A stretch of 64,000 nt of DNA, taken from NCBI RefSeq assembly GCF_009914755.1, contig NC_060925.1. The stretch is one strand, 5' to 3'. Numbering within the stretch: position 1 is the first letter of the stretch; each line of letters opens with the position of its first letter. The translations under genes were made by a program, and so were the position numbers. Below the pieces are notes generated by a model that was given only the letters and a program-made list of their open reading frames with translations, did not search any database and was not told the origin of the DNA. The stretch is from the human T2T-CHM13v2.0 reference genome, Homo sapiens. Below, one piece after another: positions 1-14,438 of the stretch.

Positions 1-299
1 GGGGTGAGAAGCACTTATGAAGGTCACAGTTCTGGGGCACAGGCTTACTGAAAGATTGAGACCTAATCACAGGATTACAGAACACTTCCCCTCTATCTCA
101 CCACCACATCAATCAAGGCATACAACCGAAATAACTGCAAGGCTGAGACTGCATTTAAGAAGGAATATCTAGGGAAACCCAAAGATAAAATGGGAGACAA
201 AAAAGGACACTGGAGAAAATTTTGGCCTCTGACACCATTGCTATTTATTTATAGCAAATAGTAAGCATAGTTTTAATAAACTTGAAAGGACTGAAATAA

Positions 300-860
300 T
301 AACAGGTATGTTCCCCAACAACAATGTAATGAAATAGAAATCAATAACAGAAGGAAGTTTGGGGAATTCAAAGACATGTGGAAATTAAACAACATACCCT
401 TAAATAACAATAGGTCAAAGTAGTATTCACAAGGGAAATTAGAAAATACTTTGAGATTAATGAAAATAAAAACACAACATAACCCCACAAAAAGACAAAT
501 ACTGTATGATTCTACTTATATGAGGTGTCTTAGGTAGTCAAACTCATAGAAACATAAAGTAGAAGGATGGTTGCCAGAGGCTGGAGGAAGGAAGAAATGG
601 GGAGTTGTTCAATGGGAATAGAGTTAGAAATTTGCAAAATGAAAAAGTTCTAGAGATCTGTTGCACAAAAATGCGAATATACTTAACATTACTGAAATGC
701 ATGCTTAAAAATAAACAAATTGGTAAATGTTATGTTATATGTCTTTTATCACAAAAATAAAAAATTTTAATGTACCAAAATTAATGGGGTACAGTGAAAA
801 CAATACTTAAGAGGGAAATTTATTATTATAAACATCTGTATTTAAAAAGAAGAAAGATGT
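300..860 (+). mobile_element. Old L1 ORF2 fragment interrupted by an L1MB-type 3' end (about 485-765)
   Basis: gaaatcaataacagaaggaa...tggaaattaaacaacatac...gggaaattagaaaatactttga is L1 ORF2. The insert caaatactgtatgattc...aaataaaaaa is a typical L1MB 3' UTR, and ORF2 resumes at about 772. Confidence 0.7.
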
Positions 861-929
861 TACATCATTAACACTCACTATCTTATCACATCACTAACAT
901 TCACTATCTTATCATAGAGTTTACTCTTT

Positions 930-3780
<2,851 letters not shown>

Positions 3781-3789
3781 GGCAGCTGC

Positions 3790-4331
3790 TCTAAAAAGTC
3801 TGTGACTCCTCAGGCTCAAGGAAAGCCACTGAGTGGAACAAGAAATGGGCCTCTCTGTGGCCTGCCTCATATTTTCTCAACCCACTGTTTATTCCAGCCA
3901 TTGCTGCAGTCACCAGTTTCAAGCAAGTGCCACCTGTCAGCACCTGGCCTCGGCTACACAGCTGTGTCTTGTATTCTGCCCTAAGGCTGCAGTATGAAAT
4001 GCCCATGGGAGGCCTCTGAAGCTAACACCCCACAGAGCAACCCCTGACCACCAGGTGATGGGAGCTAGTGGATTACTGCCACCCTCCTCCCTCCTCTGGG
4101 AGACAATGCTAAGGTGGCTCTTCGGGAGGTCCCAGTAAGATTGACCTCCAGTTGCTCAGAGTAGTGTGTAGCTTGAGGTTGTTCTCTTGGACCAACTTTC
4201 CCTGTTCCCTGTGGAACTCTCCCCAGTCTCCCACTCCTGTTCCTGTCCATGTATCATGTCCTGGAATAAATCTTCTGCACATAAACCCTTGTCTCAGGCT
4301 CTGCTTTCTGGGAGACACCAAAGCTAAGACA
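3790..4331 (+). mobile_element. ERVL LTR (LTR16/LTR33-like), probable 3' LTR of the preceding internal region
   Basis: AATAAA at about 4266 followed by the terminus tctgctttctggga...aagctaagaca. Left edge is approximate. Confidence 0.6.
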
Positions 4332-5218
4332 GTATATGGGCTGAACTATATCCTGCTTAAAGTCCTAGTCCCCAGGACCCCAGAATGTGACCTCATTAAG
4401 AAATAGGGTCACTGCAGTCAACATAGTCATATAATTAGTTAAGATGAAGTCATCCTGGAGGAGGGTGGGTCCTTAATCTCATATGAGTGATGTTCTCATA
4501 AAAGGGATGAACTTGGAGACAGACACATGGAGAACACCACCTGAAGGTGAAAGCAGAGATGGGGTGGTGATGTGGGTGTCCCCACCCAAATCTCATGTCC
4601 AGTTGTAGTCCCCAGCGTTGGAGGTGAGTCCTGGTGGGAGGTGATTGGATCATGGGGATAGAGTTCTCAAGAATGGTTTAGTACTATCCTCTTGGCACTC
4701 TCCTCCTGATTGTGAGTGAGTTCTTGTGAGATCTGGTCGTTTAAATGTGTGTGATATCTCCTCCTTCACTCTCTCTTGCTGCTCCAGCCATGTAACAAGG
4801 TGGCTCCCCCTTTGCCTCCCACCATGACTGTAAATTTTCTAAGGCCTCCCCACAAGCTGAGCAGATGCCAGCATCATGCTTCCTGTACAGCCTGCAGAAC
4901 AGTATGCCCATTCAACCTCTTTTCTCTATAAATTACCCAGTCTCTGGCATTTCTTTGTAACAATTCAAGAGTGGACTAATATGGGTGGTGCATCTACAGT
5001 CAAGGAATATCAAAGAGTGCCAGCAAACCACCAGGAGCTTGGGGAGAAGCCTGGAACAGATTCTACCTCACAGCTCTCAGAAGGAGCCAACCCTGCTGAC
5101 ACTTTGATCTTGGACTTCCAGGCTCCAGAACAGTGAGACAATAAATTTCATCTGTTTAAGCTCCCTACCCACCCCAGTCTGTGATACTTTGTTATGGCAG
5201 GCCTAGGAAACTAACACA
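4332..5218 (+). mobile_element. MLT1 (MaLR) LTR with nested MST-type LTR (about 4565-4981)
   Basis: MLT1-type start (gggctgaac) and end (ggaaactaacaca). Internal MST signature cccacccaaatctcatg...ggactaata. Confidence 0.7.
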
Positions 5219-5556
5219 GACACCACCCTAATTTACTCCACAAAAATCCCCAAGGCACTCAGAAACTCACAGCATCAGGTACCTCTGCAACTGGGGATAG
5301 AGTGCTGTCGGGGACTGGGGGGAAGAGGGTGCAGGCTATTAGCAAAGGAGAGTGATGAAGTCTCTTCCAGAAGCTTTTAGATCTCTAGATCCCCTCCCCA
5401 ACTCCACAAGGCAGGTCTCTATCCTTTCCTACTCCAGCAGAATTCTGATGGTCTACTCTCTAAAGAGGGTAAAATAATGGATCTTTAGATTGACAGATGT
5501 CAGACTCAGTTGAAGGCATAGCTACCAAACTAAAACAAGAGTATCCAATGACAGGC

Positions 5557-5920
5557 TGTATTAGTCCACTTTCAAGCTGCTGATAAAGACATACCCAAGA
5601 CTGGACAATTTACAAAAGAAAGAGGTTTAATGGACTTACAGTTCCACATGGCTGGGGAGGCCTCACAATCATGGCAGAAGGCAAGGAGAAGCAAGTCACG
5701 TCTTAAATGGATAGCAGCAAGCGGAGAGAGCTTGTGCAGGGAAACTCCCATTTTTAAAACCTTCAGATCTTGTGAGACTTATCCACTATCAGGAGAACAG
5801 CACAGGAAAGACCCACCCTCATGATTCAATTATCTCACACTGGATCCCTCTCACAACATGTGGGGATTATGGGAGCTACAAGATGAGATTTGGGTGGGGA
5901 CACAGAGCCAAGCCATATCA
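5557..5920 (-). mobile_element. THE1 (THE1B-like) solo LTR with 5-bp TSD CAGGC
   Basis: 364 bp. Minus strand begins TGATATGG and ends ACTAATACA. caggc at 5552-5556 and 5921-5925, ATTAAA at 5626-5631. Confidence 0.9.
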
Positions 5921-5935
5921 CAGGCTTTAGCCTGA

Positions 5936-6011
5936 ATGCTGTATATAGAGAACCTCCGCCACAGACTAGCTGTATGCTGTATATAGAGAACCTCCACCAC
6001 AGACTAGCTGT
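5936..6011. repeat. 38-bp tandem duplication, 2 copies, 1 mismatch
   Basis: atgctgtatatagagaacctcc(g/a)ccacagactagctgt at 5936 and 5974. Confidence 0.95.
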
Positions 6012-6091
6012 GTGGCCTCAGACAGGTCACACAACCTCTCGGTGCCTTCAGTTTCCTAACCTATAAAATGGAGAAAATGGTAGCATTTATC

Positions 6092-7032
6092 CTCTAGGGT
6101 TGATATGAGAATTGAGGTCCTTAGCACCAGGCCTGGCACACACATGTTCAGTGAGTGTTTACTTTGCAGAGGTCTCTGAACCCCTCTTCCTGGGGAGCTG
6201 GAAAGCCCTGAACATGCATAGTTCCCAATCAGTGGGGGAAGGACAGGACCCCAGACTGTATACCCACGAATAGAGGTCCTACCAGCTATTGATAAAGCAG
6301 AGGTCCCTAATCCCCGGGACACAGACCAGTACCAGTCTGTGGCCTGTTAGGAACCTGGGCCACACAGCAGGAGGTGAGCAGCAGGTGAGCGAGAGCAGAG
6401 CTTCATCTGTATTTACAACTGCTCCCCATCACTTGATTACCACCTGAGCTCCACCTCCTGTCAGATCAACATCCGCATTAGATTCTCATAGGAGCACAAA
6501 CCCTATTGTGAACTGTGCATACAAGGGATCTAGGTTGCACACTCCTTATGAGAATCTAATGTCTGATGATCTGTCACTGTCTCCCATCACCCCCAGATGG
6601 GATCGTCTAGTTGCAGGAAAACAAGCTCAGGGCTTCCATTAATATTACATTAGGGTGAGTTGTACGATTATTTCATTATATATTACAATTATATGTTACG
6701 ATAATAATAGAGATAAAGCACACAGTGTAATGCACTTGAATCATCCGGAAACTATCCTCCTCCCAGTCTGTGGAAAAATTGTCTTCCACTAAACCAGTCC
6801 CTGGCGCCAAAAAGGTTGGGGACCACTGCCCCAGGGTTGATGTGAGAATTGAAATCATTAGCACCAAGTCAGGCACACACACAAAGTGAACGTTTACCTT
6901 GCAGAGGCCCCTGAGCCCCTCTTCCTGGGAAACCAGAAAGCCCTGAACAGGCATAGTTCCCAATCAATGGGGGAAGGAAAGGACCCCAGACGATACACCC
7001 ACAAATAGACATCCCCCCAGAGATTGATAAAG
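6092..7032. repeat. About 205-bp direct duplication (6092-6297 and 6829-7032) abutting both MER1A ends
   Basis: Colinear from ctctagggttga/ccccagggttga to attgataaag, roughly 80-85% identical by eye. Confidence 0.92.
6298..6828 (+). mobile_element. Full-length MER1A (hAT-Charlie non-autonomous DNA transposon)
   Basis: TIRs cagaggtccctaa...ttggggaccactg, 531 bp, internal sequence matches the recalled MER1A consensus. Confidence 0.9.
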
Positions 7033-7133
7033 CATCTCCAGGCTCTGTCCCTAATGAAAAGGGCCCTAGCCACTCCAGCAAGGGCCCCAGGCCCCGCCCC
7101 AGGCCTGCCCACCCACCAGGCCCCCTGGCTGAC

Positions 7134-7343
7134 CGTGTTGTTGACGGTGTGCCAGGAGATGTCTTGGATGTTCTTCAGCTGTCGCTGCAGGGGGTAGTAG
7201 GAGGCGACGCTCTGGAAGGGATTCTGGCTCCGGTCCCATTGCCACTGGACAATCTCCAAGTGCAGAGCCACGTCCCCTTGCGGGTCGAAGAAGATTTGGT
7301 GGTCCAGGAGAGTGAAGTTGACCTTCCAGATCTCCTCAAGCAG
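7134..7343 (-). CDS. TAS1R2: TAS1R2 coding exon 4 (end of Venus flytrap domain); gene continues left of the window
   Basis: cgccag|CTG CTT GAG GAG ... AAC ACG|gtcagc, 210 nt, LLEEIWKVNFTLLDHQIFFDPQGD...HTVNNT. No exon 5 or 6 sequence seen in 1-7133. Confidence 0.97.
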
Positions 7344-9118
7344 CTGGCGGGGTCAGAGGGAAGGGAAGTGGAGCTAGCATCAGAATCTGAGCCAGAATTT
7401 TTCCTGGACCTGGGAAAGATTCTACCATTCCATTAGCCTTGATTTCCAACTCTGTAATATGGAGGCAATAAATCTCCGAAAGGGTGGCAATTTAGGAGTC
7501 AGTGGCTGAGAGCTCTGCTTTGGAGCCAGACACATCTGGGTTCAGGCCTCAGTTCTGCCCCTTGCTGTGAGGCCTTGGGCCTGTTTCTTAACCTCTCTGA
7601 ACCCGTTTCCTCTTCTGCAAAGTGGGAGCAATAAAAACTCTATCTTCTGGGCTTGGAAGCAAAAAATAAGTTCATCTATGTTAGAGACTTAGAGCAGAGC
7701 CTGAGACAGGAAGCACTCCTACCAAGGTGCTGATAGATTTCCTTTTCCCTGGAAGTCACCTCAGTCATCCCTCTTGAACCCAATACATGAGATGAGGTAC
7801 AGAGTCCACTGTCTCTGTCACCTGCAAAGATCAATTGGGGTCTCCCCTGATCCCTGGGTCCTTCCTACCTCCCCAGACCTTAGGGTCAGCTCTCATTCCA
7901 GTCTCTCCCCACCTCCCAACCCCCCATCACTCTCAGTAGGCAGCAGCTGGGACAAACTAGAGCACACTTTGAACTGGGCATCCTCCGACCTAAAGTCCAG
8001 TCCCAGTTCTGTTCGCAATTTGCTGTGTGACTCTGAGCAAGTTTCTGAACCTTGCTGGGCTAACGCTGAAAGGACTTCCAGCTCAAATATCCCATGGACC
8101 TGGCTCCTAGATTTTCCCTCCATAAATGGTAGTGTCCATTTGGCTATATCTTTAGGGCTCACCTGGCCTCAGGGACTGATACACACAGACAGGTAGCCAA
8201 GGGAGTTGGGCCCTGGCCTTCTCCCTTCCCTGCCTAGCAGGTGAGGTCCTGACTCAGAAAGACTCTTTGGAATGTGCACAGGTTGCTAAGCCCAAGGGCA
8301 ATGGTCCTTTGAGCCAAGAAGGAGGCTCCAACCAGGTGGTCGGCCTGAGGATGAGGATCAGGATGGCGGAGGCCCCTGGGAATCAGGTCCTGGGTGCCCA
8401 TGTTGCACCTCTGCAATGACCTGCCCAAGCAGGGTTGAGCACTTGGGACTTGAGGGATCCAAGATATCACCCCCAAGGGGTCGGAAAGCACTGGCCTTGT
8501 AATTGTCCTGAGTGGGTGGGAGCCTAGACTATTATTGGCAGGGACTTGGGCACCTTGGGGTTCCCTCATCAGGTTGAACCCCGTTTCCCCTTCCCCATCT
8601 AGCCCTACCCCTATCCCAGCATAAGCTGTACATTTAAGGCAGACTCAAGTCCACCTCTCCAACCCCACACTCTCTCCTGAGGCCAGCACTCGGTGTCAGA
8701 GAAGAGGAAGAGGAGGAGTACATTCAGCCTCTTCGCTGCCCCAGGTAATTTGCATCATGATTGCACATCCCCTCAATAACTCAGCAGGGCACATATGATT
8801 CCTTCCATTTAACAGATGAGAAAATCAAGGCTCAGAGACATTAAATTTGCCCAGGTTTGCACAGCTAGTAGTGGCAGCACTGGGATTCCATTCCAGGTAT
8901 GATAGCTAAGCTCTGCCCAGCTCACCGCCACCTGCCTTACAATGTACGAACAGGTGGGCCATATCCGAGATGCCCGAGGGGTGGAGAAATGTGGAGAGAG
9001 CTGTGTGGGGAAGAGCCAGACCAGTGCCGAGGGCCCCATTTGTGAAATAAAAGGATTGGACCAGAACCTGAGAAGAGCTCGCAACCCTGACCCTCCTGAT
9101 TCAATGACTGGCTGAACA

Positions 9119-9421
9119 TTTTGTTTTGGTTTTTTTTTAAGACGGAGTCTCACTCTGTCGCCCAGGCTGGAGTGCAGAGGTGCGATCTCAGATCGGACTA
9201 CAACATCCGTCTCCTGGGTTCAAGCAATTCTCCTGCCTCAGCCTCCTGAGCAGCTGGGATTACAGACGCCCTCCACTATGCCCAGCTAATTTTTTGTTTT
9301 TTTAGTAGAGATGGGGTTTCACCATGTTGGCCAGGCTGGTCTCGAACTCCTGACGTCATGATTCATCTGCCTCGGCCTGCCAAACTGCTGGGATTACAGG
9401 TGTGAGCCACCGCACCCGGCC
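9119..9421 (-). mobile_element. AluS
   Basis: Full Alu consensus on the - strand. Confidence 0.93.
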
Positions 9422-12003
9422 AACCTGCTGAACAGTTTTGCTGTGATGGCCACAAATTTGCCAGCCTGGATTTACCCAACCTCCCACTGATCTGACCCCA
9501 CCACCACCATCAGCACGGGCAGCACATCTACCCAGTGTCATCTCCAACTCTTCTCATCGCCCCTGAGTCCTGTCTCTCTACCTCGCCTCTCATGGGGTGC
9601 CCATCCCCACTACCCCAGCACTATTTCATCACCATCCCTTACCACCACCCCTGGCCACTCCCTAGCTGGGTGCCTGTCACTTCTTTGAACCTCAGTTTGA
9701 CCTGTGTATGGGACAGCAACCGTGTAGTAACAGTATCTGCTCAACAGTGTCTGTCTGGGGGTGACTGAGAATTCATGTAAAGAGGTGAACACCGTGTCCG
9801 GCACATAAGTGCCCATTCATTCATCCAATATTCACTGAGAATCAACGCGAAGCCAGACCAGTGCTAGCAACTTGGGATACAGCATTGGAAAGGATTGGCA
9901 GGGTCCCTGCTCTCACTGGCCTCGGTTTGGGAGGTGTGGGGAATAGCCAATAAACAAACAAAGGATATCAACACAATCACAACTTGGGATACCTGTTATG
10001 ACAAAAATAAACAGAGTGCCGTGGTGTGACCCAGCAAGGAGGGTGGGAGGTAGTAAGGACACCACATACCATTTTGCAGGTTGAGCCCTTCATGAGGGGG
10101 TCCATTTAGGACAACTGGGAGGAACAGCTGGAGTCCAGCCCATTCAGGCCACAAAGCCATGTGCCTGCCACAGGTCTGCGTGCATCCAAAGCCAAAGAGC
10201 ATCTTGGTCTAACTTGTCTGCACAAAAGGGCATCATTTTCTAATTCTCCCAAGGACGCTGTTTATGCCAGCAGAGACCCTGGGTGAAGCCTACATAGGGT
10301 GGGCTGGGCTCCCTGCCTCTTGACTGCATCATCCCCAGCCCTAAATTGGCTTGTTGGGCTGTCTCAAGAATGTCATCTCAGTGCTTGGAATGCTCTATGA
10401 ACTCCTGCTGCCTCTAGACAAAGCCGCCTCTCCTTCAGGGCACTAGATGCCCTCCAGTAACACCTGCAGTTCCCGTCGCCTCTCAGTCTTCACCACTCAA
10501 GCCCAGTCACGTGGCCAGGCCACCACTCTCCCACTCTCCTCCTGGAAGGTCCAGTGCCTGTTCACTCCCTACTTCAGTCCTGCCTTCCCTGACCCTCTCC
10601 CACCATGATGATGCCCCTGCTCTGTGCACAGGTGCAATTCTGACTTCTTGCTGCACTTGGCAGACAGATCTTATTAACTGTCCTCATCTCCTCCTAGGTT
10701 GGGGGTCCCCCAGGCCTGGCACATAGTAGGTGCTCAACAAAAGGGATGGGACATCCTGGTTGCTATGATTGGTGCCCTTTGGTCTCCGCTGCTGGGAGAA
10801 GGAAAAAGTCAACTGTCTTTCATCATAGCTCCTGCCAGTTGCAGCTGGGAGGATGCCCAGAAGGTGAAGTGGGAAAACCACAGCAGAATGGGCCAGACCT
10901 GGGTTCAAAAGCATGGTCCACCACTTACCACTGAGCGATCACGGGCTAGTCACATTGACTTCCTGCCCCTCAGCTTTTCTACCTGTAGATTATCCTCACA
11001 GGAGGGTCATGAGTTAGATGTGATGTATACTAGGCATTCAGTGCCTAGTAGGCACTCAAAGAGGAGTAAAGCACCCATGATAATTATGTATATTATTAAT
11101 GTAACAGGACATACAGCAATACGCAGTATTTTTACCAACTGGCACCAGAATTCCTTTTAAAGAATAACTGCAATCTTTTAAAAGAAAAGTTTAAGGTTGC
11201 AAGGTTAGGATCTGAGATTATGGGATAGAGAGGTACAATTATATAGAATGAGAGAGAGAATTTCTTCAGAGCAAACTAATTTGTTCTGTTAAGGAAGTGA
11301 ACAGTTATTTGAGGATGGGAGAGGGATCTAGCAAGGGGGCGAAAGGGGAGAACAAAGAGGGGAGTTGGACAGGGTTTAGGGAAGTGGCTAAATAGCAGGG
11401 TGGGAGGCTGGCCCCAAACTGTGAAAAAGCCAAGGAACCATTTAAGAACAGAGATCTCTAACAGCAAAGTATAAAGTGTGCGTCTCTAATGTAAATCCCC
11501 CCTGCTCCTCTGATCCTCAGTAAAACCTTCTATATCCCAGAAAGCTTCGTGGTGGGAGGTCTCTGTGTGTGCCTGTGGATGTGGATGTGTGTGTTAAGCC
11601 AGAAGAACAGATTTAAAGTCTATGTCTGAACCAGGGTGATAGAGAACTAGGGTAATGAAGACCCACAAAAGCAATTCAAGGCCTTTAGAGGGTCCACGCG
11701 AAAACACAAGCCCGTCCCAGGCTCTCAACCTTGGAGAGACTGGGGGAGGGGGGCGCTGCCGTTCCCACTGCCTGTGGGATTTCCTTCTGGTGAATTCCAC
11801 CTGAATCTCCCAAGAACAGACTACTATCTTGAATGGTGAGTGTTCAATTAATTTAAAAAGCAATTTTGTTTTGGCACCAGGAAGGACTAGTGCTATGTGT
11901 CTGGAAGAATGGGATACTCATGCCCTTTCACACCCATTTGCCCAGAACCCCAGGGGAGGAGGATGGAGGTGCCCTGCAGACTCTATGGCAGCCACCCCCT
12001 CAC

Positions 12004-12777
12004 CTGCCAGGGGTAGACCACCCTCTTGGTGCAGGTGCTTTTGTCACAGCCGAGGAGGCTGTGCAGGGCATGGGCCACAGCATAGACCGCAGAGTACACG
12101 CTGTAGACGACACGCTCCCCAGAGAGCCTGAGAATGGTGTTGAAGGACAAGGTGGCGTTCAGGCAGTTGTCGCACTCCTGGTTGCAGGTATAGCTCTGGC
12201 TGGTCCTGCTGAGGGGTGGCGGCCCAGCCTGTGGGCCCCACTCGCGGAACTCACTGAAGCCCGGGATGGGCACGCTCTGGATGGTGATGCCCAGGAAGGT
12301 GCCCAAGTGGCGCAGCTCCGTGAGGTTGTGCAGGACCGGGTCGATGGCCCAGGACTCGGAGGCGATCCACACGGCGCCAGTGAAGTTCTGGCGCAGCACC
12401 TCATTGAAGAAGTGGTACAGGGTCAGGTCGGGCGAGAACACGACCACGACGCGCGCTGTGCTCTGCTGCAGCTTGTCCACAATGGTCACCAGGCGCTGGC
12501 GCTCCTCTGACGTCATGTTCTGGTTGGGCTGCAGTGTGGGCAGCGTCTCCTGGAAGGCGATGCAGATGTCGCGCCGGGCCACGCGCTCGCCAAGCAGCTG
12601 GCCATTGTCGCGGCCATAGGTGTCGCTGCTCACCAGCACAATGATCCAGTTCCAGCGGAAGTGCAGCATCAGCTGCACCATGGCCTCGATGTGGTGGTCG
12701 GCGCTGGGTGTGGTACGCAGCAAAGCCGGGAAGCGCACCTTGTCTCGCAGCTCATCGCTGATGGCGCTGTAGGTGAT
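12004..12777 (-). CDS. TAS1R2: TAS1R2 coding exon 3 (CpG-rich)
   Basis: ttgcag|ATC ACC TAC ... CCC TGG CAG|gtgagg, 774 nt, ITYSAISDEL...WIASESW...VYPWQ, phase 0/0. Confidence 0.98.
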
Positions 12778-13199
12778 CTGCAAGGGGAAGGGCTGTGGCA
12801 TGAGCGAGTGCCCCGCTGGGTGCTCTGCCCCCACCCCAGGGCTCTATCCACCATCATCATCTGGGAAGCACCTAGTGCAAGCCACCCCAGGGGTAGGTGG
12901 TTTACACCATCGTCAATCATCATGGTCCCCAGGTAGCCCCATGCAATAAGAACCTACTGTGTGCCAGGCCCTAGGCCAGGTGCCTTATCTCAGTCTTATC
13001 ACGATTATTGAGCACCTACTGTGTACCACACCCTGGGCCAAGCCACATACACCATCATCCTCATGGTCATCAGCACACTGGCTTTTATTGAGAACCACAT
13101 CCTGGGCTAGGTGAATGACATAGCCATCATCCCCATCATCTAGAAACTCTTACTAAGCACAGCGCTTTCCTCCTCCCCCTCATCACCGTCAGGCTCATC

Positions 13200-14438
13200 A
13201 ACTAGCCACATTTCTTCCCTCCACCTCCAGGGCTCCATGGTTTCCTTCCCAACTCACTGGGAGTTCCATCTCCTTTCCTGGTTCCTTCTCTTCTCTATGA
13301 CCTCTTAACCTTGGAGGACCCTGGGCTCAGGCCTCAGTCCCTGCCTTTTCTCCAGCTGCTCTCCCCCTCCCTTGGTGGTCCCATCCAGCCTCATGGCTTA
13401 ATATCCCATTTCCACGTCAACAACTCCCAGTGGATAGCCCTGGCCGGGACTTCTCTCCTGAACTTCAGATGCATACCACAACTGCCTGCCTGACATCTCA
13501 AACTTCACAGATCGAAACTGAACCCTGTTCTCCTCTGAGCCTGCTCCATCCACACCCTCCCCCATCTTGGCTGGTGATGAATCCATCATTCCAGTGACTC
13601 AGGGCAAAAACTCTGGAGTCGTCCTTGACTCTTCTTTCGCACACAGGTCACACTGGATCCATCAGCAAATCCTCTTGGCTCTACCTTTAAAATGTATCCA
13701 TCCAGTGCCTACCAGCTCCCCACTCCCTCCTGTCCAGCCACCATCATCCCCGGCCTGCACTGCAACATTACCCATCCACCTTTCCCCTATAGTCTATGCT
13801 TAACATGGCAGCCCAGTGACCCTGCTCACACACATGTCAGGTCACTTTACTCCTCTTCTCAGAACTCCTCAACAGCTCCTAACGTCACCCAGGAAAAGCC
13901 AGTCCTTGAATGGCCCCTAAGGGCTCCGTCATTTATCTGCACAACTCTCGCCTGTCTGATTTCATCTCCTTCTCCTCTCCCTCTGGTTCCAGTTCTGCTC
14001 ATCTAGTTCCGCAAACATACCAGGCACCTCCTGGCCTTGGCACTTGCTAACCCCTCTTCTTGGAATGTTCTTCTGCTAGGTCCCTCATGGCTCCCTCACT
14101 CCTTCACCTCCCTCAAGTCTTCGCCCAATTGTCAGTGACACCCACCTGACCACCCTGTTGAAAATTGCAATCTCCTTCTACCAACTCCTCCTTTCCACTG
14201 ACATGCCAGACACCCCCACCCTGCCCACATTTTTATTTTATTCATTGCACTTCTCACCTCTAACATCCTGCATCACCTATTATTGTTTACATTTATTTTC
14301 TGTCTCTCTCCACTAGAAGAGAAACTCCATGAGGGCGATGATTTCTAAGTTGTTGCCAGCTGTATCCCAGCACCTACAACAGTACCTGGCACATAGTAGG
14401 TGCTCAATAAATATCTGTTACATGAATGAAAGAATGAA
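13200..14438 (+). mobile_element. L2 (LINE-2) 3' portion
   Basis: Pyrimidine-rich L2 body ending cctggcacatagtaggtgctcaataaatat...tgaatgaa. Confidence 0.75.

Noticed and set aside
11866-12510. 214-aa + strand ORF
   Set aside because: Antisense shadow of the GC-rich TAS1R2 exon 3.
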